Positions 63,738 to 64,000 of a stretch of DNA of 64,000 bases are shown one piece after another. Origin of the DNA: an uncultured Pelagibacteraceae bacterium (GTDB taxonomy: Bacteria > Pseudomonadota > Alphaproteobacteria > Pelagibacterales > Pelagibacteraceae); NCBI GenBank assembly GCA_902604065.1, contig CACKXF010000001.1:2552-66551 (forward strand), in the 5' to 3' direction. The notes beneath the pieces were generated by a model. That model searched no databases. It saw only the letters and a list, made by a program, of their open reading frames with translations, and was not told where the DNA came from. Position 1 is the first letter of the stretch. The number at the start of each line of letters is the position of its first letter. The position numbers were made by a program, and so were the translations under genes.

Positions 63738-64000
63738 TTATTTTTTAAGTGGAGTTAATTTTTTTCCTGCTATAGCAATAGCCTTACCTTTTCTTGTTCT
63801 CGCATTGCAATGAGTTCTTTGACCTCTTACAGGAAGTTTTTTTTTATGTCTGCTTCCTCGATAAGTTGCTAAATCTACTAATCTTTTAATATTCACAGAA
63901 ATTTCTCTTCTTAAATCACCTTCAACTTTATGATTTGTGTCAATAAATTCTCTTATTTTTAGAACTTGATCTTCAGATAATTCGTTTACCCTAGTTTTTT
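63738..64000 (-). CDS. rpsM: 30S ribosomal protein S13 (3' part, start outside the window)
   Basis: Manual translation ...VEGDLRRE...[41 protein letters not shown]. Confidence 0.95.
   Translation of the reverse strand, partial: KTRVNELSEDQVLKIREFIDTNHKVEGDLRREISVNIKRLVDLATYRGSRHKKKLPVRGQRTHCNARTRKGKAIAIAGKKLTPLKK

Noticed and set aside
1-64000. CRISPR arrays, short tandem repeats, CtrA boxes and phase-variable homopolymers
   Set aside because: I saw no repeat-spacer array. Poly-A/T runs and TTAA motifs are expected at this AT content, and I found no frameshift at them.

Overview
This is very AT-rich, gene-dense alphaproteobacterial DNA. Gene content and order point to a SAR11/Pelagibacteraceae chromosome (inference). 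It is almost all core housekeeping genes: thiV-like transporter, umuDC, gatCAB, pyrB-pyrC', topA, ntrYX-trkA, ispDF, lipA, eno, kdsA, pdxJ, pyrE, spoT, dapA, ugd/galU, mgtE and the rpoA operon, plus tRNA-Ser(GCT). The dominant structure is a direct repeat: 1..17067 recurs at 38694..55760 (offset 38,693 bp) with identical ORF translations. Between the copies are two gene-breaking junctions (ridA'|'glf at 17067/17068 and acpS'|'pyrG at ~30010) and one in-frame TAA in the lytic transglycosylase gene. This is either a real duplication with a templated insertion or deletion, or an amplification/assembly chimera. The sequence alone cannot decide. The most interesting biology: (i) a variant TPP-riboswitch-like aptamer with an intact pyrimidine sensor, an altered pyrophosphate arm and no evident P1, apparently driven by a promoter inside the end of umuC and sitting on the RBS of a ThiV-like transporter; (ii) a TrhO plus O-methyltransferase pair in the gatCAB operon, suggesting a mo5U34 tRNA pathway; (iii) a PheC-like binding protein paired with a lipobox-bearing ABC permease and no ATPase; (iv) a clear LexA-boxed umuDC promoter. 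I saw no CRISPR array, integrase, transposase or prophage gene.
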